From assembly GCA_013154005.1 (NCBI GenBank), contig JAADDK010000002.1, positions 1,729-65,728 of the forward strand: a stretch of 64,000 nucleotides of DNA, in the 5' to 3' direction. The stretch is from Methanobacteriota archaeon. GTDB taxonomy: Archaea; Thermoplasmatota; Thermoplasmata; Thermoplasmatales; Aciduliprofundaceae. The notes beneath the pieces are model-generated. The model did not search any database, was not told the origin of the DNA, and worked only from the letters and a program-made list of their open reading frames with translations. Within the stretch, counting starts at the first letter, position 1, and each line of letters starts with the position of its first letter. The position numbers and the translations under genes are program-made. Shown in pieces: positions 30,124 to 39,799 of this stretch.

Positions 30124-30547
30124 TTCTCCTCTCCTCTATGTATTTGCGGTAATCTTCTTCAACTTTGGCACTTAGAAGGGCATAATTCTCCTGGAGTCTG
30201 TATGAATCTTCCATAAGCTTCGTTTTGAGTTTTTCCAAGTCTTCCATTCTTTCTTTAAGTTTCTTGGCTATTTCTTCTATGTTCATCTCAGTATATAGCG
30301 CGTTGCCGATGCTTATTAACCCTTTCTTTCCCGAGACTTTTGCACTAATGAGTACCCCCGCGCCTATGGGTATCAAAATCTCATCATCACCCATGTTTCT
30401 GTATCCTTCGATGGTCTCAATGGCTTTTTTATGCTCCTGGATGGAGAGTTCCAGGGCGCTGAGCTGCTGCTGTATGTTTGCTATTTGAGCTTTCAGGCTC
30501 TCCAGAGTAGCAATACTTCGTTCCAGAGCCTGCTCTTCACTGTCCAT
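30107..30547 (-). CDS. pfdA: Prefoldin alpha subunit
   Basis: Shows the coiled-coil / beta-hairpin / coiled-coil layout (ILIPIGAGVLISAKV) and conserved adjacency to ftsY and rplX. The likely start is MDSEEQ at 30547 rather than the ORF-track 30601. Confidence 0.8.
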   Translation of the reverse strand: MDSEEQALERSIATLESLKAQIANIQQQLSALELSIQEHKKAIETIEGYRNMGDDEILIPIGAGVLISAKVSGKKGLISIGNALYTEMNIEEIAKKLKERMEDLEKLKTKLMEDSYRLQENYALLSAKVEEDYRKYIEERRNVQTP

Positions 30548-30776
30548 TTTGCTCCCCCAGAAGATACTGCACGGTGGGGTCCTGCGATTCTGCAGGGTCA
30601 ATCTCGGTTATAGCTTCAATCTTAATCAGACGTCTTTTGATGCCGTATTTGCTTCCCAGCAGGGAATATGCTATGTCAAGTGCGTTATTTTCGTCTTCCG
30701 CCACAATATCTTTCGTGAATTTGAACCATTCTTTGCCTTTCGGAGAGTATTTGCCTTTTATTCTGAATGCCTTCAT
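30537..30776 (-). CDS. rplX: 50S ribosomal protein LX (eL20 / L18Ae)
   Basis: Sequence MKAFRIKGKYSPKGKEWFKFTKDIVAEDENNALDIAYSLLGSKYGIKRRLIKIEAITEI matches the archaeal LX pattern. A TATA-like TTAAATATA lies about 32 nt upstream on the minus strand. Confidence 0.8.
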   Translation of the reverse strand: MKAFRIKGKYSPKGKEWFKFTKDIVAEDENNALDIAYSLLGSKYGIKRRLIKIEAITEIDPAESQDPTVQYLLGEQNGQ

Positions 30777-30861
30777 TGAAATCACCGCCAGTGCATGAGC
30801 AACTATATTTAATAATTTTTCACGTTGAGTTTTGCAAAAAAATTTATATCTATACCCCATA

Positions 30862-31551
30862 GTGAACGGTGTGAATAAAAGGGACAGAAAGCTGATTCTC
30901 GAACTTGAGGCGAAAAAAACTGAAGAAAAGAAAAATAGGAAAGAGCTTGTGCCGCTTGAGCGTGGATTTTATCGAAGCATTGCGGAGGCAATCAGTAATA
31001 TGCGCAAAGAAATAATGGAACTTTACGAGAAAAAACAGTTTTTGGAGGCAATGCGACTCACTCAGGAAGTTGAGAAAATAGAGCGCTCTGTGCAGGAACT
31101 TCTTCAATTTCGGCTCAGAAAAATATTGATTTTTGCCGTTTGGGAGCGTAAGGAGATAAAAAACATGACTCCGGAGGAAATTCAGCTTTATACGGATATT
31201 CGCAGTTATATTTCTATGTTTGAGAATCGGGTGTTTGGAAGGGAGGATGCTGGAGTGGCGCCTCCGGGCACTGCGGAGCATGTCACCGAACCGGAAAAAG
31301 AAATTAACAGTGAGAGCGTGAAAGCGGAGGAGGATAAACCAAAAACCGTGGAATCTGAGAATGAGCCAGTAAAGGATATGCATAATGAGAATGTGGTTCT
31401 TGTGCGGGTTAAGTCGCCGGTTGGACGGTTTGCGCTTCCGGGGGATGTGGTTTTGAATTTAAGAAAAGAGGATGTTTTGTATTTGCCCGAAAAAGTTTAT
31501 AGAATTCTCGCAAGGATGGACAAGGTGGAAATGCTGCATATTGAGGAGTGA
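30862..31551 (+). CDS. GINS complex subunit (Gins51/Sld5-type) with a long acidic inter-domain linker
   Basis: A-domain pattern is LVPLERGFYRSIAEAISNM...LRKILIFAV...MTPEEIQLYTDI. The B-domain is VVLVRVKSPVGRFALPGDVVLNLRKEDVLYLPEKV. Start is uncertain (GTG 30862 or 30871) because TATA TTTATAT at 30843-30849 rules out the ORF-track start at 30832. Confidence 0.65.
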   Translation: MNGVNKRDRKLILELEAKKTEEKKNRKELVPLERGFYRSIAEAISNMRKEIMELYEKKQFLEAMRLTQEVEKIERSVQELLQFRLRKILIFAVWERKEIKNMTPEEIQLYTDIRSYISMFENRVFGREDAGVAPPGTAEHVTEPEKEINSESVKAEEDKPKTVESENEPVKDMHNENVVLVRVKSPVGRFALPGDVVLNLRKEDVLYLPEKVYRILARMDKVEMLHIEE

Positions 31552-31594
31552 AAGTTTAAATACCCGCGCTTATTTTGAAGTCTGGTGATGTTTC

Positions 31595-33049
31595 ATGTGG
31601 AATGGACCTTTGAGAAAAATAGATTCTTTTCGGTGGGAGATTCCTTCGGATTATAAAAAGGGAATGCGGGTACCCGGCCGCATATTTGCCACTCCCGCAA
31701 TGATTGAGCAGATTAAGAGGGACAACGCACCGGAGCAGGTGGCCAACGTTGCCACGTTGCCCGGAATAGTGAAAGCGAGCATGGCGATGCCGGACATACA
31801 CTGGGGCTACGGCTTTCCGATTGGCGGAGTGGCGGCGTTTCGCGAGGAAGATGGCATAATCTCGCCCGGTGGTGTGGGTTACGATATTAATTGTGGAGTG
31901 CGACTTCTGCGCACCACTCTCAGCGAAGAGGACGTGCGCCCGAAACTGAAAGAGCTTGTGGATACAATATTTGTGAACGTGCCGTCCGGTGTGGGCGAGA
32001 AGGGTAAACTGCGCCTGAGCTTTCGCGAACTTGATGAGGTTCTTGATTACGGTGTGAAATGGGCCGTGGAGCACGGATACGGCTGGAAAGAGGATTTGGA
32101 GCGGATTGAAGAGGGCGGAAGCATAAGATTTGCAGACCACAGCAAGGTCAGCGAGAAGGCGAAGAAGCGTGGTGCGCCCCAGCTGGGAACGCTGGGGGCG
32201 GGAAATCATTTTTTGGAGGTGCAGAAGGTTGATAAGATTTTCATACCCGAAATTGCCAGAAAATTTGGAATAGAACATGAAGGGCAAATAATGGTGATGA
32301 TTCACACGGGCTCACGCGGGCTCGGGCATCAGGTTGCCACGGACTATATTCGCATAATGGAAAATGCGGCTCGCAAATATAACATACCGCTTGCGGACCG
32401 ACAGCTGGCATGCGCTCCGATAAAGAGCAAAGAGGCGGAGGATTACTTTGCGGCAATGAGCGCTGCGGCGAATTTTGGATTTACCAATCGTCAGCTCATC
32501 ATGCACTGGGTCCGTGAATCTTTCGGCAAGGTGTTCGGCGAAGCTCCGGAAGAGCTGGGCATGCACCTGATTTACGGTGTGGCGCACAACATTGCAAAGC
32601 TGGAAGAGCACACTGTGGACGGAAAGAGAATGAAACTGTATGTGCATCGTAAAGGTGCAACGCGCGCGTTTGCGGCGGGCAGAGAGGAATTATCCGCGCT
32701 TTACAGAGATGTTGGACAACCGGTGCTCATTCCGGGAGATATGGGCACCGCGTCTTATGTGCTCGTGGGCACGCAGAAGGCGATGGAAGAGACGTTCGGC
32801 TCCACGTGCCATGGCGCAGGTCGGGTTATGAGCCGGCATGCCGCGCTTCGCAGATTCCGCGGCGAACAGATAAAAAGAGAGCTTTGGGAAAAGAAGAAAA
32901 TCTATGTGCGCAGTGCCAGCAACAAGGTGGCCGCGGAGGAAGCGCCCGGTGCATACAAGAACGTGGACGATGTGGTTCGTGCCGTGGAGGGCGCGGGCAT
33001 ATCGCGCATTGTGGCGCGCATGGTGCCGCTGGGCGTGGTAAAAGGCTAA
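31595..33049 (+). CDS. rtcB: RNA-splicing ligase RtcB
   Basis: Motifs seen: [54 protein letters not shown] and STCHGAGR. No intein is present. Confidence 0.97.
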   Translation: MWNGPLRKIDSFRWEIPSDYKKGMRVPGRIFATPAMIEQIKRDNAPEQVANVATLPGIVKASMAMPDIHWGYGFPIGGVAAFREEDGIISPGGVGYDINCGVRLLRTTLSEEDVRPKLKELVDTIFVNVPSGVGEKGKLRLSFRELDEVLDYGVKWAVEHGYGWKEDLERIEEGGSIRFADHSKVSEKAKKRGAPQLGTLGAGNHFLEVQKVDKIFIPEIARKFGIEHEGQIMVMIHTGSRGLGHQVATDYIRIMENAARKYNIPLADRQLACAPIKSKEAEDYFAAMSAAANFGFTNRQLIMHWVRESFGKVFGEAPEELGMHLIYGVAHNIAKLEEHTVDGKRMKLYVHRKGATRAFAAGREELSALYRDVGQPVLIPGDMGTASYVLVGTQKAMEETFGSTCHGAGRVMSRHAALRRFRGEQIKRELWEKKKIYVRSASNKVAAEEAPGAYKNVDDVVRAVEGAGISRIVARMVPLGVVKG

Positions 33050-33054
33050 AAAAA

Positions 33055-33663
33055 TTAGAGAGTGCTGAGTATCTCTTCCTTTTTCTTTTTGTACTCTTCT
33101 TCGTCGATTATTCCGTCATCGTACAGCGCTTTCAGTTTTCTCAATCTTTCCTCCGTGCTGTTTCCACTTGTGCTTTGTGGCTGAGCCGGCTCCTGAGGTG
33201 GCGGCGGTGAAGTGGGTGGTGGCGCGGGTGGCGGAGGAGTGTAGCTCTGCTGTGCGCTATACTGCTGGGTGCCGTACTGCGGCTGAGGCGCAGGTTTGTT
33301 GAGGCTGTCGAATTTGAGGTATGCAAACAGCAGTATCAGGCCGGGTATGAAACCGCCGAGAATTATGCCGATAATCATCCAGAGCATGGTTTTGCTCTTT
33401 GCCTCGTCGTATCTGCCCTGGTCCATCAGTCCGTTTATGTTATCACACTGTTTCCACATAATCAGGTCAATTATTCCAAATATTATTCCCACAATTCCCA
33501 CCAGAAACAGGAGTCCTGCCAGTCCCCAGAGTATGTTTATTATTCCGAAAATCAGTGCTATGAGCCCGGCAGTTTTGACAAGGTCCTTTATGCCCTTCAC
33601 TTCCGGGGACGTGCTTTGCTGATTTTGATATCCGTACGGATTTCCTTCCATTTTAATCACCAA
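33055..33663 (-). CDS. Membrane protein with a Pro/Gln-rich linker and a C-terminal SHOCT domain
   Basis: It has about three TM helices, then PAPQPQYGTQQYSAQQSYTPPPPAPPPTSPPPPQEPAQPQ, then the SHOCT-like LRKLKALYDDGIIDEEEYKKKKEEIL. Confidence 0.6.
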   Translation of the reverse strand: MVIKMEGNPYGYQNQQSTSPEVKGIKDLVKTAGLIALIFGIINILWGLAGLLFLVGIVGIIFGIIDLIMWKQCDNINGLMDQGRYDEAKSKTMLWMIIGIILGGFIPGLILLFAYLKFDSLNKPAPQPQYGTQQYSAQQSYTPPPPAPPPTSPPPPQEPAQPQSTSGNSTEERLRKLKALYDDGIIDEEEYKKKKEEILSTL

Positions 33664-33781
33664 CGCGAGTTAGCAGTAATGATGTATAAAAATATTTCCA
33701 TTCTTTGCGTTCAACTTTTATTTTTAAATATTTTTGCATTTTCTCAAAATTATTTTGCTCAGAGATGTTTAATGCTCTGCT

Positions 33782-34966
33782 TTATTTACTAACCCGTACG
33801 ATTATCGCCACGGTTGAAAATGCGAATATTGCAGAGAGTATTGCGGTGCTGAACGCGCCAAAGAGTGCGGCAAAAACACCCGCAATCAGTGCAAGTGGAA
33901 TGTTTGCAAGGCGGTTGAGCATCATAATGCTGGAAAACACTGTGCCGCGGGAATGAGATGGCACGTTCGCCAGCAGTGCGGGTTTGAAGCTCATGTGCCA
34001 GAGCGGCCAGAAAAACAGATGTGCGATGTAAAGAGCCATGTAAATGATAAACAGCAGGTTTCCGTGAATGTACAGGGGCGCTAAGAATATGGCTGAGGCC
34101 AATGTGCCCATACTGCCCATTGCAATCACCGGTATATGTTTCCACGTTTTTTTCGGGATTCTCGTTTTCAAATAGCTGGCTCCGAACATAATTATGCTGC
34201 CGATAAGGCCTAAAAAGACAATCACCGCCACGCTGGAGCCGAAGTAGTTTATTATTATGTTGTCAAAAGGAAGCCCGTATATGAAAAATGCAGAGAAATT
34301 TGCGAATATGAACGCGAGGGCCACAGGCACTAATTTTTTATTTAATTTTATTTTCTTTCTTTCCCGATACACCGGCAGGTTCGGCAATTTGAAATACACG
34401 TACGCAACGTAAAATATTCCCGCAAAGCCGAAAATTATATAATAAACGCGCATCGCCCACACATTCGGGAACAAAGAGAAATAAATTAGTGCTGCGAGAT
34501 ACGATGCGATGCCCGCTGCGGTGGGTATCAGCCAGTGCCAGATGTACACCTCTTCCAGATTGTTCGCGGGGTACAGTTCTTTTTCATACACGCTTGAGGC
34601 AAATGTGAACAGCATTGCTGTGGAGAATATCAATCTTCCAGCGAGAATCATCACGGGTCCCGTTGCCAGCCCGTAAATCAGAAAAGAGACGCCAATTAAG
34701 GATTCTGAGGTCATAATCAGATATTTAGCGTTGATTTTTCTGTCGGAGAGATAACCGAGCAGTGGAAGAAAAAGGGAGGTTAAAAATGAGGCAAAGGTGA
34801 TTATCGCGCCCACTTCAAGCACCGAGTATCCGGTTAAAAGGAGATACGCGTTGAATATTACCATACCGATTATCCCCGGCTCTGCCAGCGCATAGTAAAT
34901 AATCAGGTTTCTCGCATCGTGCGGGAGTTTTCTGAACGGTGTTATATTCACCAGCATGTATTGCAC
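33782..34966 (-). CDS. MFS-type transporter
   Basis: It has about 12 hydrophobic helices and an LLGYLSDRK loop between TM2 and TM3. Confidence 0.7.
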   Translation of the reverse strand: MQYMLVNITPFRKLPHDARNLIIYYALAEPGIIGMVIFNAYLLLTGYSVLEVGAIITFASFLTSLFLPLLGYLSDRKINAKYLIMTSESLIGVSFLIYGLATGPVMILAGRLIFSTAMLFTFASSVYEKELYPANNLEEVYIWHWLIPTAAGIASYLAALIYFSLFPNVWAMRVYYIIFGFAGIFYVAYVYFKLPNLPVYRERKKIKLNKKLVPVALAFIFANFSAFFIYGLPFDNIIINYFGSSVAVIVFLGLIGSIIMFGASYLKTRIPKKTWKHIPVIAMGSMGTLASAIFLAPLYIHGNLLFIIYMALYIAHLFFWPLWHMSFKPALLANVPSHSRGTVFSSIMMLNRLANIPLALIAGVFAALFGAFSTAILSAIFAFSTVAIIVRVSK

Positions 34967-35033
34967 TCAAAACTTAAAAATTCTCCGAACGATAGACCAA
35001 ATCTCTTATATCCATGATTTGCCATATAGCAGT

Positions 35034-35609
35034 GTGTCCATTTCCGCACTGAACGATGCATGGTTCTCCGCCATTAACGCATTTGCGGGCAAAAATCCCT
35101 ATCTCGATGCATTTATGATTTTCTCGGCGCAGGTTCTCATATTTATTGTGCCTTCCGTGATAATTTATCTTTTTTTCACCGGACGCAGAGAACTCGCAGT
35201 AATGGTATTTCTTTCATCGTTCATTGCCGGAGCAATTTCAATGGGCATAGGTGCGGTGTACTATCACCCCAGGCCCTTCGTGCTTGGACTCGGCACCACG
35301 CTAATTTCGCATGCGCCCGATAGCTCTTTTCCCAGCGACCACACCTCGGTGGCGTTCGCATTTGCGTTTTCTTTTCTTATGTTTAACAGGTATCGAGCAA
35401 GTGCTGTTTTCATACCAATCGCATCGCTTATCGGCATTGCCCGGATATTTTGCGGCGTGCATTTTCCACTTGATATAATTGGCGGGGTGCTCGTGGGAGT
35501 TATATCTGCGGGTATTGTGTTTCTCATGAGCGATTACATTCACAAAGTGCTGGTGCGTCTCAACGAATGGGTAAAAAAATTTAATAGGGGAGGTGATGCT
35601 GTATCGTGA
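35034..35609 (+). CDS. PAP2-family lipid phosphatase (BcrC/undecaprenyl-diphosphatase-like)
   Basis: PAP2 motifs are YHPRP, SFPSDHTS and ARIFCGVHFPLDIIGG. The ORF-track start at 34956 overlaps the divergent MFS gene start. GTG 35034, downstream of a TATA-like cttaaaaatt, is more plausible. Confidence 0.75.
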   Translation: MSISALNDAWFSAINAFAGKNPYLDAFMIFSAQVLIFIVPSVIIYLFFTGRRELAVMVFLSSFIAGAISMGIGAVYYHPRPFVLGLGTTLISHAPDSSFPSDHTSVAFAFAFSFLMFNRYRASAVFIPIASLIGIARIFCGVHFPLDIIGGVLVGVISAGIVFLMSDYIHKVLVRLNEWVKKFNRGGDAVS

Positions 35610-36106
35610 AAAAAATCAACATTGTGGTTATCGGACACGCCCCGCCGGCAGAGGTGGAGCATTACAGGCGTTTTATAGAAAAAGCGTTCAGATACCCTGT
35701 GGAAGTTTATGCCCGGGTGGCGTATCCCGAAAAATGCTATGTTCCCGAACGCGGCCAGTACGATGCCGCCTGCGTCCTTGCAAAGCTTTTTGAGTATCCG
35801 GGATTTCGGGTGCTGGGCATAATCGATGTGGATATATTTGTGGAAGGCACAAACTTTGTGTTCGGACTTGCGGCCAGAAATGAGCAGTGTGCGCTGGTGT
35901 CAACGTATCGTTTGAGAAACGCGCAGCATCTGTTTTTTGAGCGAATGAAAAAGGAAATCATGCACGAGCTGGGGCACACTTTCGGGCTGCTGCACTGTGA
36001 AAACGAGTGTGTGATGCGTTTCTCCAATACGGTATTTGATACCGACAACAAGCCGGCAGAGTTCTGTCAGGCATGCAGAGATAAGATTCATGAGCATCTG
36101 AGGTGA
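35606..36106 (+). CDS. amzA: Archaemetzincin (zinc metallopeptidase)
   Basis: Contains HELGHTFGLLHCENECVMRFSN...FCQAC, which is the archaemetzincin HExxHxxGxxxCxxxxCxM...CxxC signature. Confidence 0.9.
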   Translation: MKKINIVVIGHAPPAEVEHYRRFIEKAFRYPVEVYARVAYPEKCYVPERGQYDAACVLAKLFEYPGFRVLGIIDVDIFVEGTNFVFGLAARNEQCALVSTYRLRNAQHLFFERMKKEIMHELGHTFGLLHCENECVMRFSNTVFDTDNKPAEFCQACRDKIHEHLR

Positions 36107-36657
36107 GCGGTATGGAAATTTTGAAAGAGCTGGATTATAATGGAGTGAAGATTCAGATTGTTCGCGGCGATATCACAGAGGAGAATGTCGATGCGATAGT
36201 GAACGCGGCCAACCGCTTTCTCAGGCACGGAGGCGGTGTGGCCGGCGCAATCGTCAGGGCTGGAGGCGAGAAAATTCAGGAGGAGAGCGATGAGTATGTT
36301 CGCACACACGGCCCTTTGCGCACCGGTGAGGCGGTGATAACCTCTGGCGGCAGGTTGAAGGCGAAGTATGTTATACACACCGTTGGCCCTGTCTGGCGCG
36401 GACAGGGTGGCGAGGATTCGTTGCTTTACGATGCGGTGTTCAATGCTCTGCTCCGGGCGTGTGAGGTGCGGGCAAAAAGCGTATCCATGCCTGCGATAAG
36501 CACCGGCATATACGGCTTTCCAAAAGAAAGAGCGGTGCCGATTTTCGCGCGCGCGATAAAAGATTTCATAGACACGCATGGGTGTGTGAAACTTATACGG
36601 ATCTGCAATATAGATTATGAAACAGCAAAAATATTCGCGGAGAAGTTTGAAATTTAA
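36103..36657 (+). CDS. Macro-domain protein (ADP-ribose binding/hydrolase)
   Basis: Motifs seen: VRGDITEENVDAIVNAAN..LRHGGGVAGAI, ITSGGRLKAKYVIHTVGP and SMPAISTGIYGFP. Confidence 0.9.
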   Translation: MSGMEILKELDYNGVKIQIVRGDITEENVDAIVNAANRFLRHGGGVAGAIVRAGGEKIQEESDEYVRTHGPLRTGEAVITSGGRLKAKYVIHTVGPVWRGQGGEDSLLYDAVFNALLRACEVRAKSVSMPAISTGIYGFPKERAVPIFARAIKDFIDTHGCVKLIRICNIDYETAKIFAEKFEI

Positions 36658-37007
36658 ATTGAAATGAACGATTCCGGGTTGCTGGTGAACTCCGTGGCGT
36701 AGGCGTTGACTTCGTATAGCTCTCTTGGAATTTCCTTTCCCGCAAGATATGCTATGAAAAGCAGAGAGGTGAGATGCGCCCTGCCGGGCAGCTGCCATGT
36801 GCCCTTGCCGGAGGCGGTGATGCCCTGCGCGATATCTGTTAATTTTTCTCGCACATTTTTTGAGAGCCAGCCTATTTTCTCGTAGTACGTCAGCAATTTT
36901 GCCAGCTCTTCGTGGTCCATGTATTGCAGCAGATATCCGAGCCACCGATGCACCATGGCGTACGCTTCCACACTATCCGGCAGGGTTTCGAGCAGCATTT
37001 TCACCAC
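36654..37007 (-). CDS. Archaellum accessory protein, ArlD/E (FlaD/E) C-terminal-domain family
   Basis: HRWLGYLLQYMDHEELAKLLTYYEKIGWLSKNVREKL matches the FlaD/E 'YY..IGWIS..V' core. It overlaps the archaellin gene end by 7 nt. Confidence 0.6.
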   Translation of the reverse strand: MVKMLLETLPDSVEAYAMVHRWLGYLLQYMDHEELAKLLTYYEKIGWLSKNVREKLTDIAQGITASGKGTWQLPGRAHLTSLLFIAYLAGKEIPRELYEVNAYATEFTSNPESFISI

Positions 37008-37870
37008 AGCTCCATATATTTGGTCGTGTACGTTGCGGGAGTGGTGAACTCAATCAGAGTGGGCACGCCGTGCTTGGGTATGAGCTTAATCATCACATCA
37101 GTTTGCGGGGCGAGGTAAAGACCCACGGCTGACGCATTGATGTATATAACCACCACATCTCCCGCGGTCATCACACGGTCCCGTTCCCAGTTGGAGGGTG
37201 GCATGTCTCTCGCTATCGATGCACCGAACGTTTTTCCATCCAACCCGGAGTAGTTTGTCGCCGTGGCATTGTATGTTAGCGTCTTATCCGTGTAGCCATC
37301 TGTGATTTCCACAAGCACGCTGTTCATGGCTATCGGCGGGCTGCCTGCAATCAGGCCGATTTTAATTTCCAGATACGAGATTGTATTTTTGTATCCCGAG
37401 CCATAATGCGCTGTTATTGTTGTGCCCGCTGCAGGAGCGGTGCTGTATATTACCGCAATGGTGCCGTTGTTGTATCCTATCCAGCCGGTGACTCCGCTGC
37501 CAGAGGTGAGCACGAGATTGCCCGTGCCATCATCTTTGAGTGTGTTTGTGCCGTCCGTGACCGTGACTGAGTGCGGGTTCACTGGAGTATGGCTGAGCTT
37601 GTAAACGAATACGGTGGTGGAGCCATCACCGGTGCCTATCGTTTCTGTGAAATAATAATCCTCCCGAACCCCCTGCACGGTGATGGCCTTAAATCCGGTG
37701 CAAACGTCCTGCCTTGCTATATCACCGGTCTTCTCTGCCTGCTGCTGAAGCACGTATGCTGTTTCAATGATTACCGAGGCGGCGACTGCTGCCACGATGA
37801 TTATGGCAATGAATATGATCAGCGTACCGATTCCGAACTCGCCTTTCTCTTTCCTCCATACCTTCTTCAT
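37001..37870 (-). CDS. arlB: Archaellin (ArlB/FlaB), class III signal peptide
   Basis: N-terminus is MKKVWRKEKGEFGIGTLIIFIAIIIVAAVAASVIIETAYVLQQQAEKTG. The body is Thr/Gly-rich and beta-rich. Confidence 0.85.
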   Translation of the reverse strand: MKKVWRKEKGEFGIGTLIIFIAIIIVAAVAASVIIETAYVLQQQAEKTGDIARQDVCTGFKAITVQGVREDYYFTETIGTGDGSTTVFVYKLSHTPVNPHSVTVTDGTNTLKDDGTGNLVLTSGSGVTGWIGYNNGTIAVIYSTAPAAGTTITAHYGSGYKNTISYLEIKIGLIAGSPPIAMNSVLVEITDGYTDKTLTYNATATNYSGLDGKTFGASIARDMPPSNWERDRVMTAGDVVVIYINASAVGLYLAPQTDVMIKLIPKHGVPTLIEFTTPATYTTKYMELW

Positions 37871-38022
37871 CCTTCAATCTCCTGGGAGACCCTGTGCCCG
37901 CAGGTGATGATTACAGGTGTGGTTTTCACCTTTGATAACGATTGTTAATAATCTTGCCTTATTTTAAAAAGTTTTTCTCACGGTTATCTTTCAGGGAACG
38001 TTTTTCATAAGTTGAGAAAAAT

Positions 38023-38526
38023 TCAGAATTCTACAAACTCTGCATTGCTGGTATCCACGTCTAAAATTGCGAAGCTGCGTTTTACAAACAGATATCCGCA
38101 AACTTCTCCGGGATTAAGCAGCACCGTTTTGCCTATTCGTCGATAATCGCGTATGTGCGTGTGCCCGTAAAGCACAAAATCGTACTCACCGCTTTTCGCG
38201 AAGGATTCCACAATTTTTCTGGTCTTCTCCACGCTTCCCGAGCCGTGATACAGCAGAAATTTCTTGCCCCGGAACTCGATGAGGGCCGGCTGCAGTTCAA
38301 GGGCAAAACCCATCTCTCTGGCTATTTCCCCCAGCAGCGCCTTCTCACCATCGTTGTTGCCAAATACACCGAGATATTCGAATCCATAGAAGTTTCGGAG
38401 CGTGAATGGAGATATAATGTCTCCCATGTGAAAAACTGTGTTTATGTCCCTTCTCTTCAGCTCATTTATAAGGGCATTAACCGCTTCCTGATTGTCGTGC
38501 GTGTCGCTGACCACCGCGATTTTCAT
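38023..38526 (-). CDS. YfcE/MJ0936-family metallophosphoesterase
   Basis: Motifs seen: MKIAVVSDTHDN, HMGDI, GNNDGE, YHGS and GHTH. The ORF-track start at 38592 adds an implausible N-terminal extension. Confidence 0.8.
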   Translation of the reverse strand: MKIAVVSDTHDNQEAVNALINELKRRDINTVFHMGDIISPFTLRNFYGFEYLGVFGNNDGEKALLGEIAREMGFALELQPALIEFRGKKFLLYHGSGSVEKTRKIVESFAKSGEYDFVLYGHTHIRDYRRIGKTVLLNPGEVCGYLFVKRSFAILDVDTSNAEFVEF

Positions 38527-38614
38527 AGGTGGAGATGGAACTTTGTGTATTTTATGTTTTCCAACTCTATACACAAAAAACATTATATTCAATCATTCAT
38601 TAACGTACTTCGTA

Positions 38615-38845
38615 ATGGCTACCGAGTACAGTCAGAAGATTGAGGAGATAATGACGAGGGAGCTGGGACAACTCGGCAAATTTGTTATAAAAAAGCAGTG
38701 CAGAGATTTGGGGATAGACCCTGAAAATATACAGGCCGAGGATCTTCCCAAGGTAGCCAAGGCTATGGGCAAGGTTATGGTAACTTTCGGGGGGCCGGAT
38801 AAGGCCAAGAAAATAGAAAGAGAAATCAGGCACCTTATTCTGTGA
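38615..38845 (+). CDS. Small (76 aa) helical protein, function unknown
   Basis: Starts at ATG 38615 as MATEYSQKIEEIMTRELGQLGKFVIKKQCRDLGIDPENIQAEDLPKVAKAMGKVMVTFGG. It has coding-like composition and its 3' end overlaps taw1 convergently. Confidence 0.4.
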   Translation: MATEYSQKIEEIMTRELGQLGKFVIKKQCRDLGIDPENIQAEDLPKVAKAMGKVMVTFGGPDKAKKIEREIRHLIL

Positions 38846-39785
38846 GTTTCGCGGGATTTTTGTGCTTTGAGAGCAGCACCACGCGACTATCTTCTTTTTC
38901 GTCTATATAATTATATCCGGTTTCTGCGGCAAGCGAGTTTGCAAATTGTCTGATTTCTTCGTGGCTGGGCATGTTGGCTATGCTCAATCGCTCACGGGAA
39001 TAACCCACGAACACGTACGCTTTCGGCTCGATGAAGTCCGGCTCTGCCAGAGTGTCAAGCCTGGCATACTCGCCTATGTGCTCCATGTTCCAGCCCTTGA
39101 CCAGTGTGTGGCGTATCACGGTTCTCGTATCAAGCGAAGGTAGGAGTTCGAGAGTGCGCTGCAGGCGCTCCCAGCCATTTTTTATGAGCGGAACGAGCAA
39201 TTTTTTGTAAATTTCTTCGTTGGGTGCAGCGACGGTTATGTACAGCTGAGTGGGTAGCGTGTCCAGATTTTCTAAGACTTCCGGCATGGTGCCGTTTGTC
39301 ACCAGAAACGTTGTAAAACCGCGCTTGTGGTACTCTTCAATCAATTCTCCGAGGCGCGGGTACAGGGTGGGCTCGCCGATTAGCGAAATCGCCACATGTT
39401 TTGGCTCCATGGCCTCTTCCCATTTTTTTCTATCAACGCGGGGGTCGCCTTTGTAGCCTACAATCAGGCGCTTTTGCTGTTTGATGCTCTCTTCCACGAT
39501 GAATTCCGGCTCGTCGACCTCGCGAAGATGCACCTCGCTGAATCCCTGAAAGCGCCAGCAGAACATGCAGTTTTGAGTGCAATTATTAACCGCAGGGCTC
39601 ATCTGCAGACAGCGGTGCGTGGCTATGCCGTAAAACTGCTGTTTGTAGCAGCAGCGGTTGCGCAGCAAGCTCTCCCGGAGCCAGTGGCACAGCTTGACCG
39701 CGCTGTGATTGCCCACAATGGCGTAACCCTGCTTTTGCAGTATTTTCTTTGAATCTGAGTCCATAGCGCATAGAAATTCCTGCAC
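38835..39785 (-). CDS. taw1: tRNA 4-demethylwyosine synthase Taw1 (radical SAM, TYW1 homologue)
   Basis: Contains SAVKLCHW...CYKQQFYGIATHRCLQMSP, the radical SAM CTQNCMFCWR motif, and ISLIGEPTLYP. Confidence 0.85.
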   Translation of the reverse strand: MQEFLCAMDSDSKKILQKQGYAIVGNHSAVKLCHWLRESLLRNRCCYKQQFYGIATHRCLQMSPAVNNCTQNCMFCWRFQGFSEVHLREVDEPEFIVEESIKQQKRLIVGYKGDPRVDRKKWEEAMEPKHVAISLIGEPTLYPRLGELIEEYHKRGFTTFLVTNGTMPEVLENLDTLPTQLYITVAAPNEEIYKKLLVPLIKNGWERLQRTLELLPSLDTRTVIRHTLVKGWNMEHIGEYARLDTLAEPDFIEPKAYVFVGYSRERLSIANMPSHEEIRQFANSLAAETGYNYIDEKEDSRVVLLSKHKNPAKLTE

Positions 39786-39799
39786 TTATTTAAAGAATG

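Noticed and set aside
29119-30175. Plus-strand ORFs of 323, 134 and 188 aa.
   Set aside because: They are antisense to ftsY and the cysteine-synthase-family gene, both of which have strong motif support. There is no ribosome-binding site or promoter context.
31556-32305. A 249-aa minus-strand ORF.
   Set aside because: It is antisense to rtcB, which is unambiguous.
36088-36945. A 285-aa minus-strand ORF spanning the macro-domain gene.
   Set aside because: It is antisense to a macro-domain gene with clear motifs, and it also conflicts with the ArlD/E-like gene frame. The Arg/His/Ala-rich composition is not protein-like.
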